Positions 15,575 through 24,931 of a DNA stretch of 26,679 nucleotides are shown here, in pieces. Source of the DNA: a virus (taxonomy: Duplodnaviria; Caudoviricetes); IMG/VR virus record IMGVR_UViG_3300046103_000237, positions 1-26,679 of that record. The stretch is one strand, 5' to 3'. The translations under genes were made by a program, and so were the position numbers. Numbering within the stretch: the stretch's first letter is position 1; every line of letters begins with the position of its first letter. The notes beneath the pieces are model-generated. The model saw only the letters and a list, made by a program, of their open reading frames with translations, made no database searches and was not told the origin of the DNA.

Positions 15575-15665
15575 TTATTTTACCGCACCTTCTGCACGTG
15601 CCTCTTTTACCTTCTAGTTCATGCCAAAGAATTGCACACATTACTTTTTTAAAAAATTGAATCAT
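15558..15665 (-). CDS. 35-aa Cys/His peptide (DUF1660-like)
   Basis: MIQFFKKVMCAILWHELEGKRGTCRRCGKIIIPIR; AGGAG SD; C-x4-H...CxxCG. Confidence 0.6.
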   Translation of the reverse strand: MIQFFKKVMCAILWHELEGKRGTCRRCGKIIIPIR

Positions 15666-15673
15666 CTTAACTC

Positions 15674-15991
15674 CTATACTTGAAAGCTTTCGCCACATCC
15701 ACACATAGATTTGACATTAGGATTGTCTATCATTAGCCGCTGTCCGAATATATCCTTTTTGTAATCTATTGTCATACCTTCTAGGTACAGTAGAGAGACA
15801 GTGTCTATGAGAAGTTTACCGGAATCAAGATCAATTATATGATCTCCTGCCTCCTCTGAGCTAGTCAACTGCCAATCATAAGAGAACCCAGAGCAACCTC
15901 CACTGCTAACTGCTAAGCGTATGTCAGTGGTAGTGTTTTCGTTTATGATTGAGGATAAGTGTATGTCTGCGTTATCAGTTAGGTTAATCAT
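15674..15991 (-). CDS. iscA: A-type Fe-S cluster carrier (IscA/SufA/ErpA, HesB family)
   Basis: INLTDNA, IRLAVSSGGCSGFSY, YLEGMTIDY, NPNVKSMCGCGESF with all three conserved Cys. Confidence 0.95.
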   Translation of the reverse strand: MINLTDNADIHLSSIINENTTTDIRLAVSSGGCSGFSYDWQLTSSEEAGDHIIDLDSGKLLIDTVSLLYLEGMTIDYKKDIFGQRLMIDNPNVKSMCGCGESFQV

Positions 15992-15995
15992 TTAC

Positions 15996-16133
15996 CTAGC
16001 GGGGTTTCTTGTGAGTTAGCATTTTAGACTTTTTTGTATGTTTAGCTCCAGTATGTAATGAGCCATTAGACATTTTATGTGTTTTGCCTTTGTATACTTT
16101 ACCATTTTTTGTATAGTGGGGTACATTTTTCAT
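15996..16133 (-). CDS. Lys/His-rich small protein (45 aa)
   Basis: MKNVPHYTKNGKVYKGKTHKMSNGSLHTGAKHTKKSKMLTHKKPR; fills the gap upstream of iscA. Confidence 0.7.
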   Translation of the reverse strand: MKNVPHYTKNGKVYKGKTHKMSNGSLHTGAKHTKKSKMLTHKKPR

Positions 16134-16168
16134 TTAAAATTACTTTCCCTGTTAAATATTAAGGTACA

Positions 16169-16441
16169 CTACCATTTGACTTTGTTAGCCCAATAAGCCG
16201 CTGACATTTTTCCTTTAGATATGTTGGAAGCGTGACGAGCTTTAAAAGATTTACGCCTAGCTTTTTGTTTAGCCGTTTTAGGATTTGAACCTGCACCACT
16301 CACTCCCTGTTGACCAAAACGTATTAGTTTAATTTTGCTCCCGGCTTTGGCTAAGACTGCGTGAGATTTTTTAGAATGTTTTGGAGTTCTCTTAGGTTTA
16401 TTGTACCCTGAGAAAGTTGTACCTCTATACTCTATACTCAC
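16169..16441 (-). CDS. Highly basic phage protein (DUF6321/DUF5754-like)
   Basis: GYNKPKRTP, KLIRFGQQG, RRKSFKARH, SAAYWANKVKW motifs. Confidence 0.75.
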   Translation of the reverse strand: MSIEYRGTTFSGYNKPKRTPKHSKKSHAVLAKAGSKIKLIRFGQQGVSGAGSNPKTAKQKARRKSFKARHASNISKGKMSAAYWANKVKW

Positions 16442-17838
16442 ATACCTAATCCTGAATTATCGTAGGACATACCGGGATCATCGTAGTTCCCCCAACCACC
16501 CGTGGCATCACCAGCGGCTACAGCGTCTGCTGTATAATCACCTCCAAAGTAGTGATCTAACCCAGCTAGGTTACGTGCTCCAGCAGAGGTAGTCTCGAAA
16601 CCTTTATAACTCGCTACTTGATCAGGTTGAGTAGAAGCAAGAGCATCAAAGAAATTATAATTATTTAGAGAACCAGTTTGGTAGAAACTTGAACCCCCCG
16701 GCTCGTAGGAGCCATCGTAAAATATACCTTTAGTATCTCCTGATAAAGTACCTCCTTTAGACAAGGATATATTACCAGTGACTTCATCAGTGTCTTGGTG
16801 ATAGCCCAGAGAGTTAAAAATACCTCCTAATAAACCTACTAGTCCAGCCGCTGGACCACCTAGCGCACTGGCTACCCCCATAGCACCACTTGTAACAGCC
16901 GCTCCTGCTCGTTGACCATCTGTTAGCGATTCGTCTTCAGCAACTTTAAGTGCCGCATTTGCAGGAGAACCTATAACAAATCCCCTTGCGTTATCGGCAA
17001 AATTTCCACCCATAAGTCCTCCTATTTCTGGGTTAGCTACTCTATCAGGATAAGACACATTATTATTAAAATTATAAGGCTCCACCGGATCCGCTAGTGG
17101 TACAGAAGTTACCAACCCTTCTCCATATCGAATCCCCGGAGGGAGACTATGCGGGCCTACTTCTTGAACAAATGGATTATCTACTGGTCCTTGACTTCCG
17201 TATCCCCAAGCTTCACCTACCTCCCTGTCTGATTGAATTGTATAGGCTCCGGGTGTACCTGTATTATTAAAAGCGTCCACCATACCTTGTTCAGGGTCTA
17301 CATTAGCAGTTGAAGGTAAAGACACACTAACCTCTGCTTTTCCACTAGGGGCTACAGATTGCACCGGATCTCCAACTATACCATTCCAAAAATTAGATAC
17401 ATCATCAAAGGCGTTTTGTACGTAGGGTCTTACACTAACTTCTCTATTATAATTTCTTACTGTAGGTACAGCATTATTGTACTCTGGTGGTACAGATATA
17501 TCTTCATCGTAATTATAAGAATCTAAGGGCACACTAAGAGCAGTTCTAGGGCTTGGGCTATAAGGTTGCCCTGCGAGCAGAGTGTTTGTAGCATCTCCTA
17601 TAATATTTCCAGCGCGATCATAAGCCATTCCAGCAAGTTCTGGTACTACCCTGCCAAAAATATCAGGTAAAACTTGTCCTGCGACTTGCCCCATTTCTTT
17701 AAAAGCGCCTCCAAGCCACTCTGTACCAAAATCAAGTGTTGGTTCATAAGATAGAGGCGTACCGTTCATTGAGTATATCCGCCTACCTAACTCGTCTGTG
17801 GCGTTTAAGTCTACCTGTGATCTTCTTATTTGTACCAT
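16438..17838 (-). CDS. Hypothetical Gly/Pro-rich acidic protein, possibly an internal virion protein
   Basis: 466-aa ORF coupled to both neighbours; hydrophobic Gly/Ala stretch (GVASALGGPAAGLVGLLGG). Confidence 0.6.
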   Translation of the reverse strand: MVQIRRSQVDLNATDELGRRIYSMNGTPLSYEPTLDFGTEWLGGAFKEMGQVAGQVLPDIFGRVVPELAGMAYDRAGNIIGDATNTLLAGQPYSPSPRTALSVPLDSYNYDEDISVPPEYNNAVPTVRNYNREVSVRPYVQNAFDDVSNFWNGIVGDPVQSVAPSGKAEVSVSLPSTANVDPEQGMVDAFNNTGTPGAYTIQSDREVGEAWGYGSQGPVDNPFVQEVGPHSLPPGIRYGEGLVTSVPLADPVEPYNFNNNVSYPDRVANPEIGGLMGGNFADNARGFVIGSPANAALKVAEDESLTDGQRAGAAVTSGAMGVASALGGPAAGLVGLLGGIFNSLGYHQDTDEVTGNISLSKGGTLSGDTKGIFYDGSYEPGGSSFYQTGSLNNYNFFDALASTQPDQVASYKGFETTSAGARNLAGLDHYFGGDYTADAVAAGDATGGWGNYDDPGMSYDNSGLGM

Positions 17839-18542
17839 TATGCTTTCTCCAATTTTTCTCTAACTGATAAATACTTAGTACGCCAATCTTCTAGAAAGTT
17901 TCCTATTGTTGGGTTTTTTCTTTGCAAAGTTCTCTTTGTCATGTTACTCATCAAAGCTTTCTTACGATTTTTGTTCTTCATATTTTTAATTGGCCTATCT
18001 TTAAATTGAGATATTTCAGTTATTCCTGAAACTCCTTGTTGATGTGCTAAATATAAAAGTATGGGATCTATATCTGTACGCCCTAGCTTTGCAAGAGACC
18101 TCCCCATTTTATTTGTACTCATGTCTAGTAAAGTATTTTGAGTGTCTACATCAAATAAATTAATTTTTTTACCCAAGAGGTCTTCGGCAGTCGAAGGTAA
18201 AAACTGATACAGACCAGTTGCTCCACTACCTTTATTTCTAGCTCTTGGGTTGTTAGTAGATTCTAGCATAGCCCATGTTCTTCTATCTGCTAAAGGTAAC
18301 TTGTAGTTCATCTCTGTAGACTGTTCAGGTAGTAACCCTTGAGTGTCTTGCTCCTGTATATTTGTAACAGGAGGATTCTGTATTTGCTCCTGTATATTTG
18401 TAACAGGAGGATTCTGTATTTGCTCCGGTGGTGGATTTGGCATAAGACCACCCATTGAAGCAGGACTTAAAAATCCCGGTATTGGCTTACCTTGGTCTTT
18501 AAACTTAGACAATAACCCTTGTAGTAAATTAGGATTTTCCAT
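17838..18542 (-). CDS. SLT-type lytic transglycosylase domain protein
   Basis: LESTNNPRARN, ATGLYQF, LYLAHQQG motifs; Pro/Gln-rich N-terminus. Confidence 0.85.
   Translation of the reverse strand: MENPNLLQGLLSKFKDQGKPIPGFLSPASMGGLMPNPPPEQIQNPPVTNIQEQIQNPPVTNIQEQDTQGLLPEQSTEMNYKLPLADRRTWAMLESTNNPRARNKGSGATGLYQFLPSTAEDLLGKKINLFDVDTQNTLLDMSTNKMGRSLAKLGRTDIDPILLYLAHQQGVSGITEISQFKDRPIKNMKNKNRKKALMSNMTKRTLQRKNPTIGNFLEDWRTKYLSVREKLEKA
18348..18426. repeat. Perfect 36-bp tandem repeat (2.2 copies), in frame
   Basis: TTGCTCCTGTATATTTGTAACAGGAGGATTCTGTAT twice; encodes EQIQNPPVTNIQ twice. Confidence 0.95.
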
Positions 18543-21500
18543 TATCCTCTCCCCATGTTTATGCTTCCCATAAGGTTTGCAAAGCTATTAGGTATACTGT
18601 TGGCAGTAATGCTTGGAGATAAAGCAGGATTTCCTACTGCACTCTGTGTATTCTGAGCAATCTGAGCACCTTGTTGAACGGGGTTAATCCTAGCAGGTTG
18701 TTGCGGAGACACCGCTTGAGTACCCTGTAGTTGATTCATCAGGGCTTGCTGTTGAACCATGTTCTGACCTAGTTGTTGCTCTGCTGTAGCTTGGTCTGGT
18801 ACGTTCTGAGATACAACTTGAGCAGGATTACTTGGACCTACAGGGGGAACACTAGGTAAATCGGTTAAATCACTATTACTATAATGCACTTCTTGAATAG
18901 AAGATCCAACGGTAGCCGCCAGTATACCGTACCTACCGTTTAGAACCATCTCTGAAAAGCGTAGCCCTTTTCCTACAATATCCCCGGTCATAGCCATACC
19001 TTTTTTAAGTGCATCTTCAGCTACGTCTTCACCTGTTCTTCCAGCGGCTAACTTAGCTTGCATACTTTTCCACGCTGGACTTCCCGGTGCAAGTTTATTC
19101 ATAGAGTACATAAAAGACAATGGTTTAGCTATAGCATTAGGGTCTAATCTTAAAAATCCCCGTAACAGTGCAAATGGTTGAGCGGCAGATGAAAGTTCTC
19201 CTACTCCCCTAATGTTAGTAGTTCCCCGTAGTGTTAAAGCCAAGTCCCTCATACCGTCCCAATAAGAACCATATAGCTCTTTAAGAAGAGGTTCGTTTAC
19301 AAATTTATTCTGACTGTTCCTACCTCCACTTGACAAGGCTGTTACTATTCCTTCAGCCCAATCAGACATAGCACTCATTTTATCCACTGGTGTTTTCAGA
19401 GCAGACGCTTGTAATACCTTTGAAAAACTTTCTGCTGTAACCATCTCCTGTATAAAAGTCTTTGAACCAGCGGACAAAGAATCAAGATCATTTATTTGTG
19501 CTACTATGTTCTTTAACTCTTCACCACTAAGTGATTTTCTACTTGTAAGCTGAGAAACAGTTTTAGCAATATCGTCTGTAAACTTGACACCTTCTTTATA
19601 GCTTTTTATCACCTCTAATTGGCGCACACCTAAAGTAGCTTTACTAGGATTTTTACTAGCTACATTATTGAGTATACTTTTATACTCTGTCATGGTATCA
19701 TTTTTAAATATTCTATTAAAAGTATCTTTGCCTTTAGCTCCTACTTGTTTAGCCAAAGTTGTCTCTACGTTTTTAATCCTAGCTAAAATTCTTGTAGCTT
19801 CTTTTGCTCCTACTTCTGTACCAGCTTCGATAGCATTTTTTAACCCTACTGATGTTTCCCTAATATAATTAGAACCTATAGAGCTAAGTATTTCATTCTT
19901 AGTCTGTAAGGTATTTTCTAATACTCCCGGCATACCTTTACCAAAAGCTTTGTCTAAATTATTAATAACAGAAACTAAGTCTTTACCATTTGTTCCATTA
20001 ACTAAATTTTCAAGTATCTTTTCAGCATCATTCTCTACTCTTTGACTGATGTTTTTTTCTATTCCACCTTGTCCTTTGTACACTGATTTAAATTCAGCAT
20101 ACTTTTTATTTACTCTATTTAAAACATTTACAGTATCTTTACGAACACCCTTAATACCTTCTATACCTTCTCTCAATGCTTGGGAAATATTCATAGATTT
20201 AAATTGAACTTCGTCTGACCCACTTGCAAAAGATTCTCTTCTTAACCTTCTATCCATGCTTAGCAAATCACCTGCTGTAAGGTTAGGGGTGTCTTTGGGA
20301 TTTCTTATATCAAACTCAACACCTGTTTCTGGATCTTTCCCTACTTTATCTTTAACTACTCTAAATACATCATCCCCCTCATCCCCTATTTTTGCAAAGG
20401 AAGATATCCTTGATTTATAAGAAGCTGGTAAATATTGAAACACATCTGCTGAAGACATGGTAATTCCATCAGCGTTTAATTTTTTTGTTATACCATTTAA
20501 AACTTGTACTAACTGTTCCTTGTTAACACTTACAATATCTAACCCTTTTAATTCAGGGGCATTAAAGTATTTACTTGAATTACTAAAAACTGCACTTGTT
20601 TTATCACGCTGATTTCGTATAACCGCATTAGCATAATTTTTAAAACCTACTATAGACGAATTAGCTTCATCTTGTAAACCTAATTTAGATGTCTGATAAT
20701 CTTCAACACTTTTAGCAGTTTTTATTAAGTTGTTTCTTTCTGCTGTAGTTAGACCTTCTTTTAGTCTTTTAGACAGAGCCACTAAATCATCACCAGCTTC
20801 AGCCCCTTGGCGCATGATTGCTCTATATTTATTTAAACTTTGTATTATAGTATCAGCGTACCCACTACCACCGGATACCATAGCTGTACCCTCTAGTCTA
20901 CTTAGTACGTTACTTGTAACCCCTCCTTCTGGAGACAGTATAGAGTTTATACTAATAAGCATTGCATCATCGTCACCTACTACAGCCCTAATTCTGTTCT
21001 GTGCGGCTAGTAGCTCTGATACGTTTGGACCTTGGAATGTCTTATCAGGTAACTCTGCTTTAGCTCCCTTAACCGCATTTTTAGCCATATTAGCTGTCTT
21101 ACCTACAGCCGCTAAAGGTGCTCCTATTAAAGCTGTACCTAGTGTTACAAAACCAGCTTCTGTGCCAGCCTCTTTTAGTATTTTACTCAGTGATTCAGTA
21201 TTGTACCCATTAAGCTCTTGTACACCTTCTATACCAAGATTAGCCGTCATATCCCCTAGACCTGCTCGTATACTTGTACCTATAAGACCTCTTCCTATAA
21301 GTGTACCTAGTACCCCTGTAACAGGACCACCCATAGGCAGGGTTGCTATAGTAGTAGCTAAGAATCTGGTAGCTTCTGGAACAATATCAGTTAAATCGTG
21401 TAGCTCTAAAAAATCACCATCAACCATTCTTGGTCTATTATCACCTTCGGCAACTGGCTGACCCATACGTTGTAGCCCTGCTGGGAGAACTGCAATTTTA

Positions 21501-21781
21501 TTACCAACATCAGACACAAACCAGTTATTCTCTCCAACCTGCTCGTCCATTACCATCTTAACTTCATCTGGAGTACTAGCCGCACTTAACCTAATGCGTA
21601 GATCATAGCTATCTATACCAGTTTTAGTGTCGTACTCTTTGTCTATGTCGTAGTAACCACCGTACAAGGAAGCATCAGTTGGAAACTCTTTTGATATTAT
21701 ATTTTGTACTTGATCATCTGACAGTCCAGAAGGAACAACTAAACGTTTACCATTCTCTAAAGTGATAGTTTCTGTAGCCAT
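18542..21781 (-). CDS. Large putative internal virion/DNA-ejection protein (1079 aa)
   Basis: Size, helical composition, hydrophobic Gly/Ala segments, position after tail genes and before the SLT gene. Confidence 0.65.
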   Translation of the reverse strand: MATETITLENGKRLVVPSGLSDDQVQNIISKEFPTDASLYGGYYDIDKEYDTKTGIDSYDLRIRLSAASTPDEVKMVMDEQVGENNWFVSDVGNKIAVLPAGLQRMGQPVAEGDNRPRMVDGDFLELHDLTDIVPEATRFLATTIATLPMGGPVTGVLGTLIGRGLIGTSIRAGLGDMTANLGIEGVQELNGYNTESLSKILKEAGTEAGFVTLGTALIGAPLAAVGKTANMAKNAVKGAKAELPDKTFQGPNVSELLAAQNRIRAVVGDDDAMLISINSILSPEGGVTSNVLSRLEGTAMVSGGSGYADTIIQSLNKYRAIMRQGAEAGDDLVALSKRLKEGLTTAERNNLIKTAKSVEDYQTSKLGLQDEANSSIVGFKNYANAVIRNQRDKTSAVFSNSSKYFNAPELKGLDIVSVNKEQLVQVLNGITKKLNADGITMSSADVFQYLPASYKSRISSFAKIGDEGDDVFRVVKDKVGKDPETGVEFDIRNPKDTPNLTAGDLLSMDRRLRRESFASGSDEVQFKSMNISQALREGIEGIKGVRKDTVNVLNRVNKKYAEFKSVYKGQGGIEKNISQRVENDAEKILENLVNGTNGKDLVSVINNLDKAFGKGMPGVLENTLQTKNEILSSIGSNYIRETSVGLKNAIEAGTEVGAKEATRILARIKNVETTLAKQVGAKGKDTFNRIFKNDTMTEYKSILNNVASKNPSKATLGVRQLEVIKSYKEGVKFTDDIAKTVSQLTSRKSLSGEELKNIVAQINDLDSLSAGSKTFIQEMVTAESFSKVLQASALKTPVDKMSAMSDWAEGIVTALSSGGRNSQNKFVNEPLLKELYGSYWDGMRDLALTLRGTTNIRGVGELSSAAQPFALLRGFLRLDPNAIAKPLSFMYSMNKLAPGSPAWKSMQAKLAAGRTGEDVAEDALKKGMAMTGDIVGKGLRFSEMVLNGRYGILAATVGSSIQEVHYSNSDLTDLPSVPPVGPSNPAQVVSQNVPDQATAEQQLGQNMVQQQALMNQLQGTQAVSPQQPARINPVQQGAQIAQNTQSAVGNPALSPSITANSIPNSFANLMGSINMGRG

Positions 21782-22956
21782 TAAGAAGGATTCCTTTTTC
21801 TACCAAAACGTGGGCGTTTAGACGCATTTGCCTCTATACCCGGAATAGAAACACCCATAGTGTTTAAATAACCTTCATCTATTTTTATATTCCTAGAAGT
21901 TAACTCTTGAAATGCGGAAAACTTTTTAGAAAGTTCATCCCTATTTGTATTCCAAGCGGGAGTACCTATTGAATTAAACATAGTTTTATAGTCTGTTGCA
22001 GAAGCGTCCCTTCCAAAAGCACCTGATTTAACTAATTGATCTATAATAATATTTAGTTCTATCATCATTTCTTCTTTGTTAGATGACCGTAAAGGTATGC
22101 CAACAATAGCCGCAAAACTAGTAAAAAAGTCAGATACTTTACCCGGACCACCTGTAGTCCAAGCACTATCTCTAAGTAATGTTTGCATTGCAGTTGTTTT
22201 TTCTAAGGCTATTCTTGAACCTTGTACTCTTCTGTACATTTTAATTATAGGTTCTTTAGCCATTAAATCTCTAGGGTCTTTAGCGTTCTTGGCTCTGGCT
22301 AACTTTTCCTTAGATATTCTTTCAGCTTCATCTGCTTCTACTGCCCGTAAAGCAACTTCACCTTGAGCCGCTCCTGCTACGTCCGCACTAAAACCAGATT
22401 GAAAACTAGGCTTTGTGTACAGACTAGCTTCCATCATTCTACCCAGAACAGGGTTGTTAAATAAAGCATCTACAGTCTCTCCGAATAAACCTGCCTTTTT
22501 ATTTTCTGCGGCTTTTCCTTCTCCTAGTAACATACCTGATTCTACGGGACTATACTTTGTTTGAAGTTGAGCATCAGTAAGAAGACCTCCGGGAGGACCA
22601 ACAGGTTTAGATTTTTGAGGTACAGTTCTATTATACTGTTTCATAAACTCTGCTTGTTCAGCAGGTGTTCCAACGGAGTTACCCATGTTTACCAGAGGAG
22701 TATTAGTAGCTACAGCGCGAAGAGCGTTTAATGTGTTAGTTGGACGGTTTGTGTCCATTGGTTTATTAGTTGGATCACTTTCATCCCCTCTCCATAAATG
22801 ATTAACAGCGCCACCTAATAGGTTCATTCCAGAATTATACATACTTTTTATAGGATTACCACGGTTGTTAAAGTATGTTCTTACATCATCAGCAAGAGGT
22901 CTAGACCATTTTGTTCCCTCTGTCATAGTCCAAGGAGTTATTTGTCTATCAGCCAT
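21781..22956 (-). CDS. Putative internal virion protein (391 aa)
   Basis: TAATG-coupled on both sides within the ejection-protein block. Confidence 0.55.
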   Translation of the reverse strand: MADRQITPWTMTEGTKWSRPLADDVRTYFNNRGNPIKSMYNSGMNLLGGAVNHLWRGDESDPTNKPMDTNRPTNTLNALRAVATNTPLVNMGNSVGTPAEQAEFMKQYNRTVPQKSKPVGPPGGLLTDAQLQTKYSPVESGMLLGEGKAAENKKAGLFGETVDALFNNPVLGRMMEASLYTKPSFQSGFSADVAGAAQGEVALRAVEADEAERISKEKLARAKNAKDPRDLMAKEPIIKMYRRVQGSRIALEKTTAMQTLLRDSAWTTGGPGKVSDFFTSFAAIVGIPLRSSNKEEMMIELNIIIDQLVKSGAFGRDASATDYKTMFNSIGTPAWNTNRDELSKKFSAFQELTSRNIKIDEGYLNTMGVSIPGIEANASKRPRFGRKRNPS

Positions 22957-23381
22957 TACGTTCTACCCTTTCCGCTTCCCATTACCGAAGATTTTAAGTT
23001 ATACTTAACTAAAGCCATCACAGCCTCCCTTAATTCTTCTGCTGTCTTACCTTTGTAGTCTTCACTACTTACTTCCCTATAACCTTTTCTACCCCCACTT
23101 GGATTACTCGTGTCAAGCTTCTGGGTATTTTTTACAGGTTTTACTTTAGAAGAATCTTTGTAAGCTCCCATAGCTTTAGACAAATCTTTTATACTTTTTT
23201 TCTGCTCCATCTCTTTGTACATTTGATCTTTACTTGGATCATACCTGTAGACCCCCTCTAGCTCCTTAGATCCGTAGGTACTTCCTTCGAACCCGTATGG
23301 TTTATCTAGTTCAGGATTATCTGTACCACTTTCTCTTCCATAAGAAATAGACCTCTCTAGTCCTTCAAAAATAGAACCCAT
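22956..23381 (-). CDS. Hypothetical virion-module protein (141 aa)
   Basis: TAATG-coupled; begins MGSIF like the upstream gene. Confidence 0.6.
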   Translation of the reverse strand: MGSIFEGLERSISYGRESGTDNPELDKPYGFEGSTYGSKELEGVYRYDPSKDQMYKEMEQKKSIKDLSKAMGAYKDSSKVKPVKNTQKLDTSNPSGGRKGYREVSSEDYKGKTAEELREAVMALVKYNLKSSVMGSGKGRT

Positions 23382-24268
23382 TAGCCAAACCCTCCTTTAA
23401 GTAGTCCACCAACTTGCATTGCAGTTTGAAAAGGACTAGTACCGGGAAACGCTTGCCCTTGTGTACCTTGTGCAGAGCTTTGGTAAGCGGTACTTGTACC
23501 AAGACCACCAAGACTACCAAGTATGTTTGCGTAGTTAATAGCTTGCTTACGTTGAGCTTCCTGCTCTTGCTGTGCTAGTCTAGCCGCATCTGCCAACCCA
23601 GCTTGTTCATAACCTTCTAAGCTTTTACCAATACCCTCTTGTATAGTGTAAGGCATTGCAGACTGTTGAGCTACCTGTTGTGCATATGCTGGCAACTGGT
23701 TAAGTGCGGCAGTCTGTCTTGTATCTGCTCCTTGTAACGCTTGGTACATACCTGAACGAGTAGTCTCTTCGCGTTGCCTTTGCTGTAGTGCTTGGAGTTC
23801 TCCTAGGGCAGTAGAGCCTACGCCAAATTGACCAGCACCAATAGCTTGTTCTTGAGCAGTCTGTTTGTCTCTTTCAGTCATTGCTCTTGCCTGATCTGAA
23901 ATAGTGCCTATTTGTGCTTGATACAGAGGATCAGCTAGAGGGTCTTGCATAGCAGTACCAACTTGTTGCTGGTAAGCTTGCTGAAGGCTCTGTGGCATAC
24001 CCATACCACCTTGTGCCACACTTGTACCAAGTGTATTTGCCAAGTTACCAAATCCTTCATAAGCGTTCTGTGTCTGAGCAGATTGACCGGGAGTTAAAGC
24101 ACCAGTGTACAATGAAGGGTCTTGTGTAAAGACTTCCTCCAAAGAAGGTAAGTAACTTTTGATATAAGGTTCTATTTCACCGTAGGGTTTTACCTCTTGC
24201 GTTCCAGTTCTTTGCTGTGACTGAGGTACTTGTACTACCGTTGGTGTTGATTTAAATATACTTCCCAT
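23381..24268 (-). CDS. Gln/Ala/Gly-rich internal virion (ejection/pilot-type) protein
   Basis: Q-rich helical body, AGQFGVGS motif, Gly-rich hydrophobic C-terminus; follows the GNAT-like gene. Confidence 0.65.
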   Translation of the reverse strand: MGSIFKSTPTVVQVPQSQQRTGTQEVKPYGEIEPYIKSYLPSLEEVFTQDPSLYTGALTPGQSAQTQNAYEGFGNLANTLGTSVAQGGMGMPQSLQQAYQQQVGTAMQDPLADPLYQAQIGTISDQARAMTERDKQTAQEQAIGAGQFGVGSTALGELQALQQRQREETTRSGMYQALQGADTRQTAALNQLPAYAQQVAQQSAMPYTIQEGIGKSLEGYEQAGLADAARLAQQEQEAQRKQAINYANILGSLGGLGTSTAYQSSAQGTQGQAFPGTSPFQTAMQVGGLLKGGFG

Positions 24269-24270
24269 GT

Positions 24271-24753
24271 CTATAACCTTTTAAATATTGTTGTATTCAT
24301 TGGAGTGTACCCCAAAGGTTCCATTACCCTTGTCCACCCCTTTCTTCCTATCATTTGACTATACTTGTAGCCTAAACTTCTATAGTGTTCTTCTACTCTA
24401 GGCAAAGCATATTTAAAATTAAACTTACCGCTTATTGCTTCAAAATTAATTACATCTGCTCTAGGATAAGCAATAACTCCTACAACAAAACACCCTACTA
24501 TTTTCTCATCTTTTAGAGACACCCAAAGATCGGAAATGTTTTCTAAAATTCTACTGGTTACATCTTCAGTATTTATTAAATCTGTATTACCTTTTGAAAC
24601 CGACTTGTCTATAAAATCCCAACATTTATCTACAATGTCTACTCTGGTACTATAAAAACGATTAACTTTGCTATAGCTTAACCCACGCTCCGCTGGAATT
24701 GTAAAAGTATATTCCTTCTCCTGCCCCCGGATTCCATGTAGTTCCATCTGCAT
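24271..24753 (-). CDS. GNAT-fold-like virion assembly protein; start uncertain
   Basis: LWV...IVGCFVVGVIAYP and MIGRKGWTRV motifs; usual position between tail and internal protein genes. Confidence 0.65.
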   Translation of the reverse strand: MQMELHGIRGQEKEYTFTIPAERGLSYSKVNRFYSTRVDIVDKCWDFIDKSVSKGNTDLINTEDVTSRILENISDLWVSLKDEKIVGCFVVGVIAYPRADVINFEAISGKFNFKYALPRVEEHYRSLGYKYSQMIGRKGWTRVMEPLGYTPMNTTIFKRL

Positions 24754-24931
24754 ATCTTATATCACCTTGTGCTGGTTTAGTTGGAGGAGAATACACCACA
24801 TCTATATGTCCATCTTGAACTGAATCTAAAACACCCTTAATAGCAAATAAGTTATTAGTTAAAATTACAGGCAGATCATCAATATTTGAGGTAGCTGACT
24901 CTGGGGCAAATCGCAGAAACTCTTTAGCCAT
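24671..24931 (-). CDS. Small tail-module protein (86 aa)
   Basis: PTKPAQGDIRYADGTTWNPGAGEGIYFY; TAATG-coupled to the stabilisation gene. Confidence 0.7.
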   Translation of the reverse strand: MAKEFLRFAPESATSNIDDLPVILTNNLFAIKGVLDSVQDGHIDVVYSPPTKPAQGDIRYADGTTWNPGAGEGIYFYNSSGAWVKL

